Assembly (NCBI GenBank): GCA_024704765.1
Contig: JAKMXF010000332.1
Span: forward strand, 797,995 to 861,994
Direction: 5' to 3'
DNA: 64,000 bases
Source: Oopsacas minuta
Taxonomy: Eukaryota; Animalia; Porifera
Shown here: piece after piece, positions 62,751 to 64,000 of the stretch
How positions within the stretch are numbered: the first letter of the stretch is position 1
Layout of the letters: every line of letters begins with the position of its first letter
Position numbers and translations under genes: made by a program
The notes under the pieces: generated by a model
The model's input: only the letters and a program-made list of their open reading frames with translations
Database searches by the model: none
What the model was told of the DNA's origin: nothing

Positions 62751-64000
62751 CAGGGTGTCTAATAAGTTCTGTTATACATTTTCGCGCCTTAGACAGTAGC
62801 TATTAATATACTTATGAAGTAATCTTCTAGAATTTCTTGTAGCATTTTTGGCGCTCTTTCAAATTATACCAAGTATATATCATTCAAGTTGATGATTTCC
62901 CAGAAAATCATGCTAGAAGAAATTCGTTCAAAAATTGTCACTTTTCACGAATCTGGATTTAGCAATAGTGAAATTCTAAAAAGGCTAAAAAATGATAAAG
63001 TGAATCCCATGTTGATCTATCGCACAATAAAACGATATATAGAGACTGACAGCGTGTCCGACAGGAAACGAATTGGTCGTCCAAGATCCGCCCGCACACC
63101 AGCCCTGAAGAATAGTGTTAGATGTCAAATCCTAAGAAATCCCCGGCGTTCAATGCGAAAAATGTCTCGTGAATTCTGTGTCAATCACGAAACGATGCGG
63201 AAATTGGTTGTAGAGGACCTAGGAATGAAGTCCTATAAGCGGAAAACGTACACCATCTTAATGACTCCATACGTCGTAAGCGATTCGAAAGATGCATACA
63301 ACTAAAAGCCCGATTCGCTCCTGGGACTGAAGATCAGATTCTCTTCTCAGATGAGAAGCTGTTCACGGTTGAGGAGGCAAGCAATCGTCAAAACCACCGT
63401 ATACTTGCTTCTCGAAGTCAGGATATCTCAGATAGCATCAAGTACATTGATAGAGTCCAGAAGCCTCTTTCTCTGATGGTATGGGCGGGAGTGTCGGCAG
63501 ACTCACGGACAAACCTGATTTTTGTCCCCCAAGGAGTGGAAATAAACTCCCAGACGTACAGAGAACTGGTCTTGGAGCCTGAAATTGCGTCTGCGGGTGA
63601 GAAGCTCTTTCAAAACCATCCTTGGACTTACCAACAAGACTCTGCGCCTGCACATGCTTCAAAAGTATCCCAGAGTTGGTTCCGTGAGCAAAATATCGAT
63701 TTCATAAGTAAGGATGAATGGCCACCATCAAGCCCAGATTTAAACCCACTCGACTATTCTGTTTGGGCAAACTTGGAGAGCAGGGCCTGTGCGAAATCTC
63801 ACAAGAGTTTGGAGTCCCTCAAAGTTAGTTTGTTGAGTGAATGGCAGAAAATCCCACAGGAGGAGCTGCGAAAAGCTGTCCATCAGTTTCGGAGCAGACT
63901 AACTTCCGTAATTCATAAAAAGGGAGGCTATATTGAATGATATTTGTAATTTGTAATTAGGAACATAAGTCCTAAGAAGATAGAAAGTGTCATGGCTTTA
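62751..64000 (+). mobile_element. maT (DD37D) element; transposase 62889-63940 with a frameshift; right TIR beyond the window
   Basis: TA|cagggtgtctaataag; FSDEK and QQDSAPAH-(37)-NPLD motifs; frameshift near 63250. Confidence 0.92.

Noticed and set aside
1-64000. tRNA, rRNA or prokaryotic operon features
   Set aside because: No cloverleaf or rRNA-like conserved stretches were recognised, and the gene models require spliceosomal introns.

Overview
AT-rich eukaryotic (animal-like) genomic DNA with short 60-80 nt GT-AG introns, built almost entirely of nested cut-and-paste DNA transposons: ITmD37E, Tc1 (DD34E), mariner (DD34D), maT (DD37D), pogo-type MITEs, several hAT lineages, PIF/Harbinger, P/THAP, Chapaev3 and KDZ. 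The only host gene I recognise is the first coding exon of CPSF3 (minus strand, 32552-32837). The main discovery is a ~5.3 kb TIR-bounded element at ~33786-39117 with two convergent spliced genes. One is an HMGXB3-like Kyakuja-Dileera-Zisupton (KDZ) transposase. The other encodes an NRF1/EWG-like DNA-binding domain, a Ulp1-like (C48) protease and a PHD finger. Both TIRs carry GCGCATGCGC, the core of the NRF1 recognition palindrome, so the element may encode the protein that binds its own ends. A second, older and fragmented relative lies at ~53656-60800. All protein comparisons were made by eye against remembered family motifs; no database search was run.
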